A DNA stretch of 64,000 nt, from the IMG/VR virus record IMGVR_UViG_3300044729_001490, positions 6,388 to 70,387 of that record; one strand, given 5' to 3'. Position numbers and translations under genes: made by a program. This DNA comes from a virus. The notes beneath the pieces were generated by a model, which searched no databases, was not told the origin of the DNA, and worked only from the letters and a program-made list of their open reading frames with translations. Numbering within the stretch: the first letter of the stretch is position 1; the number at the start of each line of letters is the position of its first letter. Shown here piece by piece: positions 14,201 to 24,742 of the stretch.

Positions 14201-17200
14201 AATGCCGATGCCGAAACCAAAGCCGAAGCCGAAGGGCAAGTAGGCTCTAAAAAAGGTCGGGCGGCGGAGGAAACTCCGTCGTCTGATTCTTCTGTTGGTA
14301 AGCCAAGACCGCCAAAGGGCTACAAGCCTTTGAAGGAGTTCACGCCTGTCGTTACGCAAACTCAATCACCAAATTTGGAGTTGCGAGACAATAGGGACGG
14401 CATAAAGGAGCTAGGTCTTAAAGCTGGCGAAGCGGTAGGTTATCGCGTCTATCCCAAGCGAGGGTCTGTCAAAGGTGGCTACTGGCAGTACGGGACCGTT
14501 CAGTATGATCCGACCGGTAGCCATGCGTCTATTAAGCTTGAGGACGGGACTGTTGAGTCTGTTGGTGGCTCGCGTCTTATTCGCCTTGAGAAAGAAGAAG
14601 CTTCTTCGCCTGAGTCTTCTAAGTCGTCAGAAAAGGAAAAGGCTGATCGCGATGAAAAGCTTCGAGAGCGATTAAAGACTCTCGATTACGATAACCTGCG
14701 AAAGCTCAACAAGGATGCAATCATCCAGGTTGGTGATGAAGTCATCGGTGATGTTGGTGGTCTTGCTCTTGACGAATTGAATCGCCGTATGGATGAAGAT
14801 GCGCTCGAGGCGATGATTGAGGCGGAGTTCGATAAGCAGACAGAGCCAGTTCAGCCGAAGAAGAAGCGACCTGTTCGTAGGGAAAAAAGCGAATCCGTTC
14901 CTTTGCCGAAAAAGGCTACAGGGAAAAAGGAAACTCGCATTGAGCAAGCGGCAGACAAAGCGCGTAAAGAGGCTGACGACCTTTGGGCTCAATGGGGAAG
15001 CGTTGGCGGTGACAAGCTGACAGCAGGTTTGGACCCCGAGTTAGCGGCTTTGGCAGTACGAATCGCACTTGCTGAAATAAAGGCTGGAACATTGTCGTTT
15101 GCGTCGTTTGTTGAGAGGACGACAGCGAAAATTCCTGCGGCAATGCTTGAAAAGAGCAAGCCGTACATGGAGATGGCTTGGAAGGTTGCGCACAAGCGGG
15201 GTATGACGAGCGACCCTGGAGGGAAGTTTGACGCTTACTTGAAAAAGTACGGAACGGCAGAAAATCCAAATCGAGTCGCTTTGGGTAAGTATTTTGCATC
15301 AAGACTGCGAGACGGAGCTTCTTATGCTCGAATTACAGATGCGAGAAAGGAAGCCGCAGAGCTAATCGGTGGTTCGCCAAAAGATGGAACACAAGCAATC
15401 AAGACGATTGACGAAGCAATAGAGCTTGGTGTCGTAATAGTAGCTAGAGACATCGCGCAGAACGGAGAGACTGACTCTGCCATCTACGATGAGCTTGTTG
15501 ACTTGTACGAAAGGCAACCAAATTTAGGAACGAGAACAAGCACCTCGATGCTTAATCAGGCTTACAGTACGCCAGCTCCGTTGGCGTTCCTGGTTAATCG
15601 ACAGGCTGGAATTACGCAAGAGGATACTGTTTACGACTCGTCGGCTGGCAATGGAATGTTGCTAATTGTTGGAGGTAAGCGAATTGCCAACGAGCTGAAC
15701 CCCGACAGAGTTGAAGCATTAGAGTCTCAAGGAATCGAGACAACGAGCAATGACGCGACCGAGTTTGAGTTGGACAAACCCATTACTGCGCTGGCAATCA
15801 ATCCTCCATTTGGTGAGGTGAAGCAAGAGGATGGAAGCATCAAGCAATGGACAGTTGATGGTGTTAAGACAGACAAAGTGGATCATGCAATCACAATCAA
15901 GTCGTTGTCGGAAATTCCTGATAGTGGCAAGGTTGCAATCATCATTGGCGCGAAAGGATTCGAGCAAAGAAAATCCAAAGACGATTCAAGGCGAGGAAAA
16001 GCGTACTTGAACGGAAAGGCTTTCTATGACTTTGTGTACGACAAATATAACGTCACGGACCATTACACAGTTGATGGCGACTTGTATTCTCGTCAGGGGG
16101 CTTCGTTCCCTGTCGATGTGATAATCATTGAAGGACGAGGCAAGTCGTCTCGTCCAAAGCCGTACAACATCATTGGCGGCGGAATACCACAAGTGTTTAG
16201 TTCTTGGGAGGACTTAAAAAATGTCAAGTTACTGGGGAATATCCGACCAGCTGAAAGTGGAACTGGACGAGGGGCAGTTGACACTCGACAAGAAGGATTA
16301 TCTGAAAAAACTACAGGAGACGCTCGACAGGGACCAGAAGGAGTTCGAGCGGGAGCCAGGGGAGTTAATCAACAGGATGGACGAGACGTTCAGGGACCAG
16401 GGCAATCTGAAGACCTGGGGGGACGTAATAAAGATGCCAATGTTTCTGGACAAGCTGAATCGACTGTGGGGAGCGACCAGCAGTCGTCCAATGAAACCAG
16501 AGGAGATAAGCAACAATCGAGAGCCAGTAATGGCGGAAACGATAGTCGGGTTTCTGGAGGAGCCAAGAAGCGTGATGCTGGAATCGACAAACTAGATTCG
16601 GAAGAGTCAGAGGTCAAAGGCGACCAGTATCAGTCTGCTTACACGCCAAGCTCTAAGTCAAAGAGTGTTGATGCGCTTATTCCGAACAACCATCAGACAG
16701 CTGTTCAGGCGGCATTGGATTCCGTTGAGGAGCAGTACGGAGATATAGATGAGTTTGTAGCAAAAGAGCTTGGAGTAAACCAGAAACATCTTCAGAAAGT
16801 ATTCTCAGCAGAGCAGGTTGATGCTCTGGCGTTGGCTATAGCAAGACACAAGGATGGGCGTGCGTTTATTCTTGGCGACCAGACAGGCGTTGGGAAAGGT
16901 CGCGTGGCAGCTGGTATGCTCATTTATGCTAAGAAGCAAGGATTAGCTCCAGTATTCTTCACTGAGAAACCAACTCTATACGCAGACATAATTCGGGATT
17001 TGATTGATACTGGATTCAGCACTGACAGTTCTCCATTCAACCCGTTGATTACGAACGTCACAGCAAAAAAGTCAGACCAGATAGAACTGCCTGACGGAAG
17101 GGTTCTTAGGCAAACTGCTGGAGCAGACGAAAGAAATATCACTGAAGCGGTTGGTAATTTCCTTGCTGGTAAAGGCTTGGTGGCAACATCGAAGAAAGCT

Positions 17201-20200
17201 ACCAAAAAGAAAGCCGCACAGATGGAAAGCTACGATGCAATCTTCACGACGTACAACCAGATGGTGACGGTCAATGGAGAGCTCAAGCCACGGCATACGT
17301 TTTTGCAACAGTTGTCGCCTCGAGCGTTTTTTGTCCTAGATGAAAGCCATAACGCTGGCGGTTCCGCGCAGGATAGCGACCGAGAAAGAGCGGCAAGACC
17401 TGACGACATTAAGATACCAGTGTCTGAGATGGTTCGGAATCTGATTGAGAATGCTTCTGGTGTTTACTTCTCAAGCGGTACTTATGCCAAACGTCCTAGT
17501 GTCATGGACTTGTACGCAAAGACAGGCATGACGGCAGCGACTGGACAAGACGGTGACTCGTTGGCTTCTTCTATCGCAGCTGGTGGAGTGCCGTTGCAGC
17601 AAATTGTTTCGCAACAGCTTGTTGAGTCGGGAGCGTATCTCAGACGAGAGCGTTCGTTTGATGGAGTTGAGTTCAAGCCAGAAGTGTATGACGTCTCTAC
17701 TGAGGGGGCGGAACAGTCTGCGGCTATCTTCAGAGCAATCAATGCGTTCGACAAAATCAAGGGCAAGCTTGTTGAAGAAGAACTGGAGGACGGAGTTACA
17801 AGTGCAGGGGGTTCTATAAAGCCAGACTGGGCGACTGGCGAGGCTGGCATGACCAGCACTAACTTTTCTTCGATATTGTGGAATCTAACGGACCAGATGT
17901 TGCTGGCAGTTAAGTCAGACGTCATTGCCGACGAAGCAATAGCCTCGATAAAAAGGGGCGAATCGCCAGTAATCTATGTTGATGCGACTATGGAGGCGGC
18001 ATTAAACGCTTATATCGAATCGTCTGGTCTTCAGGTTGGCGAGAAATCAGAGTTTTCGTTTCGTGATCTTTTGCAGAGATACTTGGACAGAAGCAGGGAG
18101 GTTTTGGTTCAAAGAGATGTTGCAGATAAGGATTCATACGAGCAGGTCCGGCTTACGGATGAGCAGTTGGGTAAAATCGGTCTAGCGGCGTTTAATAGGG
18201 CACAAGAACTGATTGACAACTTCAGTGCAGACTTGCCTGCCTCGCCTATTGATTGGATTCGAAAGCGTATTGAAGACGCTGGATATTCGTTTGGTGAATA
18301 CACTGGGCGACAGGTGGTGATGCGTTACGAAACGTCTGATACTGCTACAGTAGAAAAACGACCAGAGGACGAAGTAGGAGCAGCAAACAGAATCAATCTT
18401 ATTCGCAAGTTCAATAACGGCGACTTGGATGTTTTGCTATTTAATCGGTCTGGGTCAACTGGAGTCTCGATGCACGCAAGCGAGAAGGTGAAAAACCAGA
18501 AGCCTCGCCACATGATTATTGGGCAACCGTCAAGCAATATCGACACATTTATGCAATCGCTAGGCAGAGTCCATAGAACAGGACAGGTAACTTTGCCGAA
18601 GTTCACATTGGCAATGACTTCTCTTCCGTCTGAGATTCGCCCCTCGAGCGTTTTGGTGAAAAAGCTTGCTAGCTTGAATGCCAATGTTACTGCATCAGAC
18701 AAAGGAAGTGTTTCATTCGATGTGCCAGACGTAATGAACGTCATTGGAGACAGAATCGTCGCTGAGTATTTGGCTGAGAATGACGAGCTAAACAGAGCGT
18801 TAAACGAAGGTGAAGAGGAAGGTCTTGTTACTGTAGGAAGGACTGGACAACCAAAAGTTGTTCCTGGGATCGCAAGGAAAGCAAGCGGTCGGCTGGCAAT
18901 CATGCCAATCAAGACACAGCAAGAGTTCTGGGATAGCGTCACGGAGACATTTGCTGACACTATCGCTGAATTAGATCGCATGGGAGCGAATCCGCTTTCA
19001 GCTCGAGTAGCCGACTTGGACGCGAAGACAGTAGAGTCGTTTCCTGTGTTCGAGGGAGATCCAGATTCGGCGAACGTGTTCGATAGACCAGCGTATATCG
19101 AGAAAGTAATTGCCAAGCGTCCAGGTAAGCCGATGACTCCTGAGGAGATCATGCAGAAAGTCAATTCTTTTTACAAGATAGATTCGTCGGATATGAAAGC
19201 TTTAGAAGCAGCGATGAATACATGGGAGATGAATCGAAGGGAAGAAGCTATCGCGATACACGCTAAGCGTATTGAAGAAATACGAAACGAAGGATTGGCA
19301 AAAGGAACAGATCCAGAGCGAATTAAAAACAGTATTGATAGAGAGAACCAGCAGAAGCAAAATTTCCTGTATTTGATGCGAGCGTTCATGCCTGGAAGTT
19401 CTGTATCGGTTTGGGAAAGTGGACCTTCTGATGGTTTGGATGTTATTCCAGGGGTAGTTTTGTCTATCGAGAGAAAAGGTAAAGAAGGCAACCCCTTGTC
19501 TCTTTCGAAATGGCGAGCTGAAATAGCGATTGGTTCTCCAGATCGCATTATTAGGATGTCGCTTTCCCAGCTTAGAGTCGCATCGGATCAAAACGACAAG
19601 TCAGGTCGAAACAGCGATTTAGAGGAAGACACTGAAGATAACGTAAAGATTTTTCCGAACCGAGAAATTGTCAGCAAAAGTGTATTAGATGATTTCGTTG
19701 AGTCTGAAGTATCGACTATGGAAACGCGGTATATCGGGACTGGAAACATCCTGGCTGCGTTTAATTTGTTCCGAGAGCAAAAGGGAAGGGTAACGTTCTT
19801 TCGCGACTCGGATGGAAATCTTCAAAGAGGCGTCTTGCTTCCGCGACGATTCAAAATCGATAAATGGATTAAGGACCAGCCTGTTGGATTTGATAAAGCA
19901 GAACAAATACAGCAATTCCTAGCATCGGGCAATAACTTACAAACACCAGACAGGGCGCTAAGCGTTATGTCTGTTCGTGGTGAGCTTGTTTTGAGAGCGC
20001 CGAAGTCGAAAGCCAGAGGTGGAAAGTACACGCTAAATCAGGTAATCCTGAAAGCGTCGTCGCCACAAGAGTTTGTTTCCATTGGCTCCAGGATGGAGAT
20101 GGTGGTTGACAACCCTGCAAAGCAAAATACTGTCATCGAGGCAATACTTTCCATTTCTGGATTGCAGGCTACGACGGAAAAGGAACTTGCTAGAAGAATC

Positions 20201-23200
20201 AAGAGCGAAGGCGTACCGAAAGACAGCAGCGGCTTGAGTGCAAAAATCAATGAGTTGCCAGATACGGAAACGTTGATGCAAACCGAGCCTGATGACGTCA
20301 ATGCTTCCATCCGAACGCAAGCCTTGGACATTGCTTTGGCGGCTGAGGATGCGGGAATCAAGACGTTTGATAGGTTGGTTGCGTATTCGGTCAAGACAGT
20401 CGGCGAACGTCGCACACGCGAAATTGGAGCGTATCTAAGGCTTGCTGCTGATGTGGCTGGTTTTGCTGGCGTTCGTCAGGTCGGCGATGTTCTTGGAACG
20501 GCAAACGTCACCAGGGAGCAAGCTGTCTCGTTTGCCAAGGCGGCGTTCCCGATGTTGTCGGACGAGCAGACTGAGGCTGGAGTAGCGATATTGGAGCAGC
20601 TTGGTTTGCTGAACAAGGTTGGTTTGGCACCTGCAGGAACTCCGATTCCAAGTTTGCCTCAAGCTGATGATTCTATTGTTCGCGGTGGAGAGCAGATTAA
20701 GTCAGACAGGGTAAAAGGCTGGACGCAGTTCATTTCTGCCACCAGGGCTATCATTGGGGCGACCAATAAAGCGGACGTATCGACGTTCATTCACGAGTTC
20801 TTCCATCCGACTCGCAAATTCCTTCTGGATCGCAGCATTCCGCAAGACCAGAGATATGGCATTACCGACGAAGATATCAAAGCGTTGGAGGAATATTCTG
20901 GAGTTGAAGATGGCAAGTGGACTCGAGAAGCAGAAGAGAAAGCAGCGAAGGCTTGGGAGCAATACTGGTTCGAAGGTCGTTCTCCATCAAAATCACTCAA
21001 AGGTATTTTTGAGAAGATGGCTCGTTGGATGCGAGATGTGTACAGCGGCATTCAGCAAATCACTGGTGGTCAGTTGCCGCAAGAAGTACGTGCACTGTTT
21101 GACAAGTTAGTGCAGCGAGGCGGAGACGGGCAATTTACTGACACGGTGTCAGTAAATGAGGACCCAGACACAACAAGCATTAAGAACGCCGCAGTAAACG
21201 AACTTCGCGCTAATCGTGGAGAGCCTGCTTTGGCTGACGTGGCGTCTCAAACGCAACAGCAGTGGCTTGATGCTGCAGATTCAATGCTGCAAGACGACCC
21301 AATGATTGGCGATAGGTTAGTAAAAGAGCTTAACGCGAATGCTCGCAACTTGAGCAACATTGAAGTTGCTGTAATGCAGATTCATTATCGGCAGTTAAAT
21401 AATCAACTAGAGAGAGCTTCAGACCGATTGTTTAAGGCGAAGGACGATAAGGATTCAGTTGCTTCAGCGCAGGCGATGATGGATACGGACATCATCATGA
21501 ATGCTCTTGCGGAGATGGAAGAAGCTACCAAGAAAGCTGGTAGAGAGTGGGGACGTGCGGGTGTCGCTCGACAAATCGCTTTGGAAAAAGACTTTTCTTT
21601 GGCTGCATTGATGCGAAAGGCTCGTATTGCCAATGCGGGAAATGCTTTAGACGAGAAGCAGCAAGAAGAAATGCGAGCACTCGCCAAGAGGGTAGCTGAA
21701 CTTGAAGGGCAGTTGGCTAAAGCGAACCAAGAAAAGCTTGATGCTGAGCGAGAGAAGAATGTCGATGCGCAGATTGAGGACAGCAAGAGCAAGGCTGTGC
21801 CGATTCCAAAAGCCGTCCGCAGCAAAGCGGTAGACAAGCTGACTGCGTTCAGGAACAAGTTCGCATCTGTTTTCGCTTTAAGTAGCAAGGGCGATACGGA
21901 ATCGTTGTTTGCAACGCAAGACGAGCAGATGGCTGACGAAGCCAAGACGGTCATTCAGGCGTATGTAGACATGGGTATCTTCTCGCTGGGTGAGTTTCTT
22001 GCGAACATTCGAAAGGATTTGGGTTCCGACATTCCTGTTTCTGCCAGGGCGGCGTTTGCGACTGCGTGGAAGGAAATGCATGACAACGGAGATATCCCAA
22101 CTCCAATGGTTGATGTGAACAATGTTCGAGCTCTGTCTAGGCTTGCAAAGCAAATTGAGCGTTCGTTAGTGGAAGCTGGAATTACGAAACGTGACGATGT
22201 TGTCCAGGGAGTGCACGAGTCGCTGCAAGAGTTCATTCCTGAAATTACAGTTCGCGAAACGATGGATGCGATGAGCGGGTACGGTCAGTATTCGCAGTTG
22301 TCTGACAACGAAACCGACAAGATTCTTCGAGATATAAACGGGCAGTTGCAGCAGTTGGCTAAACTGGACGATATGCGCAACAAGATTGCTCCAGCAAAGA
22401 CTGGTGTCGAAAGGCGAGAGCCAAGCGATGAAGAGCGACGTCTGATTGCTCAGGTTAATGAAATGAAACGACGTGGCGGGTTTGTTGTTACGGATCCAGA
22501 GTCGCAACTAAAAACAGCGATTGCTGCAACCAAAACTGCGTTACGAAACAGAATCAAGGATGTGCAGTTTGAAATAGACCGAAGGGAAAAGATTGTTCGT
22601 ACTCGCACCGATACGAAGGCGGACCCAGAAGTTATAGAGCTTCGCAAGCAGCTAGATGAGCTTATGAAGCAGCATAAGGAGTTATTCCCAAAGCCTGAAG
22701 CTACGATGGACCAGCGAATTGCTGCGACCAGTCGAGTTCTGGACAGGGTGATTGCTGACTTGGAAAAACAATTGCAAACGGGTGAGTTCGCTGGACCGAG
22801 GTCAGCAGAGCCAATATCGACGCCAGAGCTGGATGCTAAGAGAGCTCGCATTGATGCGTTACGGGACCAGCGAGATTTGCTGCGTGGAGTTAAGAATCGC
22901 ACTCCAGAGCAAATCGACAAAGCGTACAAGGCGAGCTTGATGAAGAAGATTGCTGACTACAAAGACATGGCTTTGCATAGCTACTTCGACCCAAAGCCAA
23001 AGAAAGAAGTCAGGGTTCTTACTCAAGAGCAATTAGCACTGAAGCTTGAGCTGCAGAAAGTGAAGGACGAGTTTTTCCGCCTGGCAGGTTTGTATCGACT
23101 GCAGAACATGAGCCCTAAGGAAAGAGCTTGGGATTACATCAAGGAAACAGTTCATTTGTCTCGAGCGCTGATGACGTCCTTGGACTTCTCGGCGGTGTTT

Positions 23201-24742
23201 CGTCAAGGTGGAGCTGTTGCGTTTGCTCACCCGCGAATGGCGGCTGAGACGAGCAAGGAGATGTACAGCGCGATGCGACGGGAAGCATCGGCATTTGATA
23301 CAGCGGAAAAAATCCGCAATGACGACATGTACCAGTTTGCCATAACGGCTGGTCTGTCTATCACCGAAGAGGAAGGAAAAATTACCAAGCAAGAAGAGGC
23401 GTTTATGGGGCGCTGGGCGAGAACAGGCATTGGAGCGCCAGGCTCGAGTCTGAATGTGTTCAGTCAGAAGTTACTGACTCCAATCGCATCTTCTGCGCGA
23501 GGCTACATGACATTCCTTAACGGGATCCGCTTCAAGCTGTTCAAGCACATGGTTGCCAATCTAGGCAAAGGCGGTCAAGTGACTGCCGACGAAGCCAAGG
23601 TAATCGCCATGTACATCAACGCGGCTACAGGTCGGTCGGAGCTTGGTCCGATGATGAAGTGGGCAGAGCAAGCCAACATGCTGTTCTTTGCACCTCGATT
23701 CGTCGCATCGCGATTCCAGTACCTTGGAATGCCGTTGTGGTTGCTGGGAAGCACAAAGGTGTCTGGGCGAGTCAAGAAGGCGATTGCCATGGAGTACATT
23801 CGGCACGCGACTGGCGTCGGGTCGTTCCTTGCGTTGACGGTGGCTCTTGGAAGCCTGCTTGGGGACGATGATGAAGAAAAGCCAACGGTTAGCCTGGACC
23901 CTCGTTCAAGCGACTTCTTAAAGATTAAGCTTGGCGAGACTCGAATCGACCCGATGTCTGGCTTGTCGCAGGTTATGGTTTTGATGGGGCGTATTAGATA
24001 CGGACAGCGAGTAGACCCAGATGGGGAGGTTGTGGATTTGCGAGGCGAAAAAGCTCCATACGGAGGACTTGGAGTGGCTGGTGTCATTGGGAACTTTATC
24101 CGAACAAAGCTTGCTCCAATCCCTGGTGCAGCATTGGATATAGCAACTTTGGAGAATGTTGTCGGTCAGGATGTGACTCCTTACTCGTCACTTGTGAACT
24201 TGTTTATTCCGTTGTCTCTCCGAGAAATCAGGGATACGGCTGAATCGCGAGGAATCCCGCAAGGCGCAGTAATCTCGCTGCTTTCATTGCATGGCATGGG
24301 AGCCAGCACGTACGGTCCAGAGTCGAATTACAGGAAGGGCACGATTGAGCAGCGCAAGAAGCAGTTCGATAAAGACCTGAAGAAGATGACGTTCGATTCA
24401 AAAGAGCCTGCTTACAAAGGGCTTCTGAGCAAAGAGCAGATGACTGAAGTTGCGGAACGTCGCGAAGACCGCAAGCAAGGGTTAGTGTACGCCGCGTCAG
24501 CGAACCCGATTCGAAAAACGTACAAAAACGAGGAGACGTATAGTCAAGCGGTAAAAGAAAGGGACGCTGCCTTGGAAAGCCTTAGAAAGTCAGGCTTTAC
24601 GCTGGATGATTCTCGCAAACTGCTAATTAAACACTGGGAATCGTCCTACGGATCCGCGAGAGAGATGCGAGGCGGGGTTCGTGTTTACAAAGAAGCATTA
24701 AGTGACCGATTGAAACAGCTGAGAAAAGTGTATTCGCAATAG
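11201..24742 (+). CDS. Giant polyvalent DarB-like virion protein: ART-like, N6-adenine MTase, Strawberry-notch-type SF2 helicase and zincin peptidase domains
   Basis: TLYRG..LTSDRNVAEGFA (ART-like); AYSTP..DSSAGNGML..NPPF (MTase); GDQTGVGKGR, DESH and QSLGRVHRTGQ (helicase); TFIHEFFH..AEEKAA (peptidase). Confidence 0.88.
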   Translation: MGTLTQRIEQAEKDAAKSGDEIEGLGRVDEREKAIIDRHKSELPGGSLMQKISTGLADMEIEDRRQKRAYAEKPPTALAQMTVDPAREMLANLGDRARVLDVYRKLSPEQRQEALKLAPGIAQMGGDDRGGFTGRVGSAVARGIAGVSQPIMELLGGGGSSEEIEFIRKLEGAAAQEFNPALPSDPWYERGPLQAVEMLPWMATTVGGAGLGRAAATGIAGRLATSAAAGSKAAGVVQKAGQVVGSLPTKVPVVGKYIPALTAGKAGELAGITTAAFPSQYAQEVDQLKALGMADDTRLRLLAGGTAAVTGLIEGIVPNPFGGGKVSLTEGATKAARQYLWNAAKNAPAELTEEYLQGVTSGLGEHVAQHIGNAAVDKDGNITPIQKKSIADSFSKGWKQAQEAALPMAFLLGVPAVGGASLTAARAQRLQQTLSKGFVSEDDAKQLGIYGNSRKEREASAKAELEKLQAQVAQESTATNETAASAELPVTLGAKEFTSPSLPEQSVPTDEEQVKSQYAEEIARRRAAKTQPQPTGDTAPPPEQTPPEDVAPFISEEQIRDSVSPVPPTQTEVRDSVSQNEQVPAVDAIGERMKIMNTPVVRSSIFTDKDNIRYEMFESDDGKSGIVRSTDVDSGNVVSIKKYPSINTAKNAFDKVQGSREQSQPTAQPAAPEATVTTSVPPSKAIEPFLTPEWRANRKKEITERPGAPVPNGEKQRALIEKAVEEQINKEIEMLTKYPPGTKLMVGGYEQVQTVMPDGKLLDASGRTYAGNAGTVLKDYEPEQIRVISSLEPKVKQSASMVPEGILEVSDESSAAEIDRRMKEKSRDTVPRGDLKRALNRWKGDPSSMQLLISDIQSGQSPSSQNGVDAASILNEVSSAPMNPVTLYRGDSSSRGGVLELTSDRNVAEGFAKHYGGQVTEFPAGTIQALNIEEATGRSDVEKGWIGLLPDPNAKNKGSVSPGVVSGESQRDQEKQDAPKTKKGGDPNEVEAKDGRQKQANADAETKAEAEGQVGSKKGRAAEETPSSDSSVGKPRPPKGYKPLKEFTPVVTQTQSPNLELRDNRDGIKELGLKAGEAVGYRVYPKRGSVKGGYWQYGTVQYDPTGSHASIKLEDGTVESVGGSRLIRLEKEEASSPESSKSSEKEKADRDEKLRERLKTLDYDNLRKLNKDAIIQVGDEVIGDVGGLALDELNRRMDEDALEAMIEAEFDKQTEPVQPKKKRPVRREKSESVPLPKKATGKKETRIEQAADKARKEADDLWAQWGSVGGDKLTAGLDPELAALAVRIALAEIKAGTLSFASFVERTTAKIPAAMLEKSKPYMEMAWKVAHKRGMTSDPGGKFDAYLKKYGTAENPNRVALGKYFASRLRDGASYARITDARKEAAELIGGSPKDGTQAIKTIDEAIELGVVIVARDIAQNGETDSAIYDELVDLYERQPNLGTRTSTSMLNQAYSTPAPLAFLVNRQAGITQEDTVYDSSAGNGMLLIVGGKRIANELNPDRVEALESQGIETTSNDATEFELDKPITALAINPPFGEVKQEDGSIKQWTVDGVKTDKVDHAITIKSLSEIPDSGKVAIIIGAKGFEQRKSKDDSRRGKAYLNGKAFYDFVYDKYNVTDHYTVDGDLYSRQGASFPVDVIIIEGRGKSSRPKPYNIIGGGIPQVFSSWEDLKNVKLLGNIRPAESGTGRGAVDTRQEGLSEKTTGDARQGPEGVRAGARGVNQQDGRDVQGPGQSEDLGGRNKDANVSGQAESTVGSDQQSSNETRGDKQQSRASNGGNDSRVSGGAKKRDAGIDKLDSEESEVKGDQYQSAYTPSSKSKSVDALIPNNHQTAVQAALDSVEEQYGDIDEFVAKELGVNQKHLQKVFSAEQVDALALAIARHKDGRAFILGDQTGVGKGRVAAGMLIYAKKQGLAPVFFTEKPTLYADIIRDLIDTGFSTDSSPFNPLITNVTAKKSDQIELPDGRVLRQTAGADERNITEAVGNFLAGKGLVATSKKATKKKAAQMESYDAIFTTYNQMVTVNGELKPRHTFLQQLSPRAFFVLDESHNAGGSAQDSDRERAARPDDIKIPVSEMVRNLIENASGVYFSSGTYAKRPSVMDLYAKTGMTAATGQDGDSLASSIAAGGVPLQQIVSQQLVESGAYLRRERSFDGVEFKPEVYDVSTEGAEQSAAIFRAINAFDKIKGKLVEEELEDGVTSAGGSIKPDWATGEAGMTSTNFSSILWNLTDQMLLAVKSDVIADEAIASIKRGESPVIYVDATMEAALNAYIESSGLQVGEKSEFSFRDLLQRYLDRSREVLVQRDVADKDSYEQVRLTDEQLGKIGLAAFNRAQELIDNFSADLPASPIDWIRKRIEDAGYSFGEYTGRQVVMRYETSDTATVEKRPEDEVGAANRINLIRKFNNGDLDVLLFNRSGSTGVSMHASEKVKNQKPRHMIIGQPSSNIDTFMQSLGRVHRTGQVTLPKFTLAMTSLPSEIRPSSVLVKKLASLNANVTASDKGSVSFDVPDVMNVIGDRIVAEYLAENDELNRALNEGEEEGLVTVGRTGQPKVVPGIARKASGRLAIMPIKTQQEFWDSVTETFADTIAELDRMGANPLSARVADLDAKTVESFPVFEGDPDSANVFDRPAYIEKVIAKRPGKPMTPEEIMQKVNSFYKIDSSDMKALEAAMNTWEMNRREEAIAIHAKRIEEIRNEGLAKGTDPERIKNSIDRENQQKQNFLYLMRAFMPGSSVSVWESGPSDGLDVIPGVVLSIERKGKEGNPLSLSKWRAEIAIGSPDRIIRMSLSQLRVASDQNDKSGRNSDLEEDTEDNVKIFPNREIVSKSVLDDFVESEVSTMETRYIGTGNILAAFNLFREQKGRVTFFRDSDGNLQRGVLLPRRFKIDKWIKDQPVGFDKAEQIQQFLASGNNLQTPDRALSVMSVRGELVLRAPKSKARGGKYTLNQVILKASSPQEFVSIGSRMEMVVDNPAKQNTVIEAILSISGLQATTEKELARRIKSEGVPKDSSGLSAKINELPDTETLMQTEPDDVNASIRTQALDIALAAEDAGIKTFDRLVAYSVKTVGERRTREIGAYLRLAADVAGFAGVRQVGDVLGTANVTREQAVSFAKAAFPMLSDEQTEAGVAILEQLGLLNKVGLAPAGTPIPSLPQADDSIVRGGEQIKSDRVKGWTQFISATRAIIGATNKADVSTFIHEFFHPTRKFLLDRSIPQDQRYGITDEDIKALEEYSGVEDGKWTREAEEKAAKAWEQYWFEGRSPSKSLKGIFEKMARWMRDVYSGIQQITGGQLPQEVRALFDKLVQRGGDGQFTDTVSVNEDPDTTSIKNAAVNELRANRGEPALADVASQTQQQWLDAADSMLQDDPMIGDRLVKELNANARNLSNIEVAVMQIHYRQLNNQLERASDRLFKAKDDKDSVASAQAMMDTDIIMNALAEMEEATKKAGREWGRAGVARQIALEKDFSLAALMRKARIANAGNALDEKQQEEMRALAKRVAELEGQLAKANQEKLDAEREKNVDAQIEDSKSKAVPIPKAVRSKAVDKLTAFRNKFASVFALSSKGDTESLFATQDEQMADEAKTVIQAYVDMGIFSLGEFLANIRKDLGSDIPVSARAAFATAWKEMHDNGDIPTPMVDVNNVRALSRLAKQIERSLVEAGITKRDDVVQGVHESLQEFIPEITVRETMDAMSGYGQYSQLSDNETDKILRDINGQLQQLAKLDDMRNKIAPAKTGVERREPSDEERRLIAQVNEMKRRGGFVVTDPESQLKTAIAATKTALRNRIKDVQFEIDRREKIVRTRTDTKADPEVIELRKQLDELMKQHKELFPKPEATMDQRIAATSRVLDRVIADLEKQLQTGEFAGPRSAEPISTPELDAKRARIDALRDQRDLLRGVKNRTPEQIDKAYKASLMKKIADYKDMALHSYFDPKPKKEVRVLTQEQLALKLELQKVKDEFFRLAGLYRLQNMSPKERAWDYIKETVHLSRALMTSLDFSAVFRQGGAVAFAHPRMAAETSKEMYSAMRREASAFDTAEKIRNDDMYQFAITAGLSITEEEGKITKQEEAFMGRWARTGIGAPGSSLNVFSQKLLTPIASSARGYMTFLNGIRFKLFKHMVANLGKGGQVTADEAKVIAMYINAATGRSELGPMMKWAEQANMLFFAPRFVASRFQYLGMPLWLLGSTKVSGRVKKAIAMEYIRHATGVGSFLALTVALGSLLGDDDEEKPTVSLDPRSSDFLKIKLGETRIDPMSGLSQVMVLMGRIRYGQRVDPDGEVVDLRGEKAPYGGLGVAGVIGNFIRTKLAPIPGAALDIATLENVVGQDVTPYSSLVNLFIPLSLREIRDTAESRGIPQGAVISLLSLHGMGASTYGPESNYRKGTIEQRKKQFDKDLKKMTFDSKEPAYKGLLSKEQMTEVAERREDRKQGLVYAASANPIRKTYKNEETYSQAVKERDAALESLRKSGFTLDDSRKLLIKHWESSYGSAREMRGGVRVYKEALSDRLKQLRKVYSQ
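12845..12859 (+). repeat. Motif B GACGTGGCACCTTTT (intragenic copy)
   Basis: Identical 15-mer at 44507 and 44531. Confidence 0.8.
12879..12936. repeat. Dispersed palindrome copies 2 and 3 (intragenic, 42 bp apart)
   Basis: GTGACAGCGTGTCAC at 12879-12893 and GTGACAGCGTGTCACA at 12921-12936; both read RDSVS. Confidence 0.92.
21133..21157. repeat. Variant palindrome ATTTACTGACA-CGG-TGTCAGTAAAT (intragenic)
   Basis: Perfect 11-bp arms, 3-nt centre, shared TGACA-N3-TGTCA core. Confidence 0.7.
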
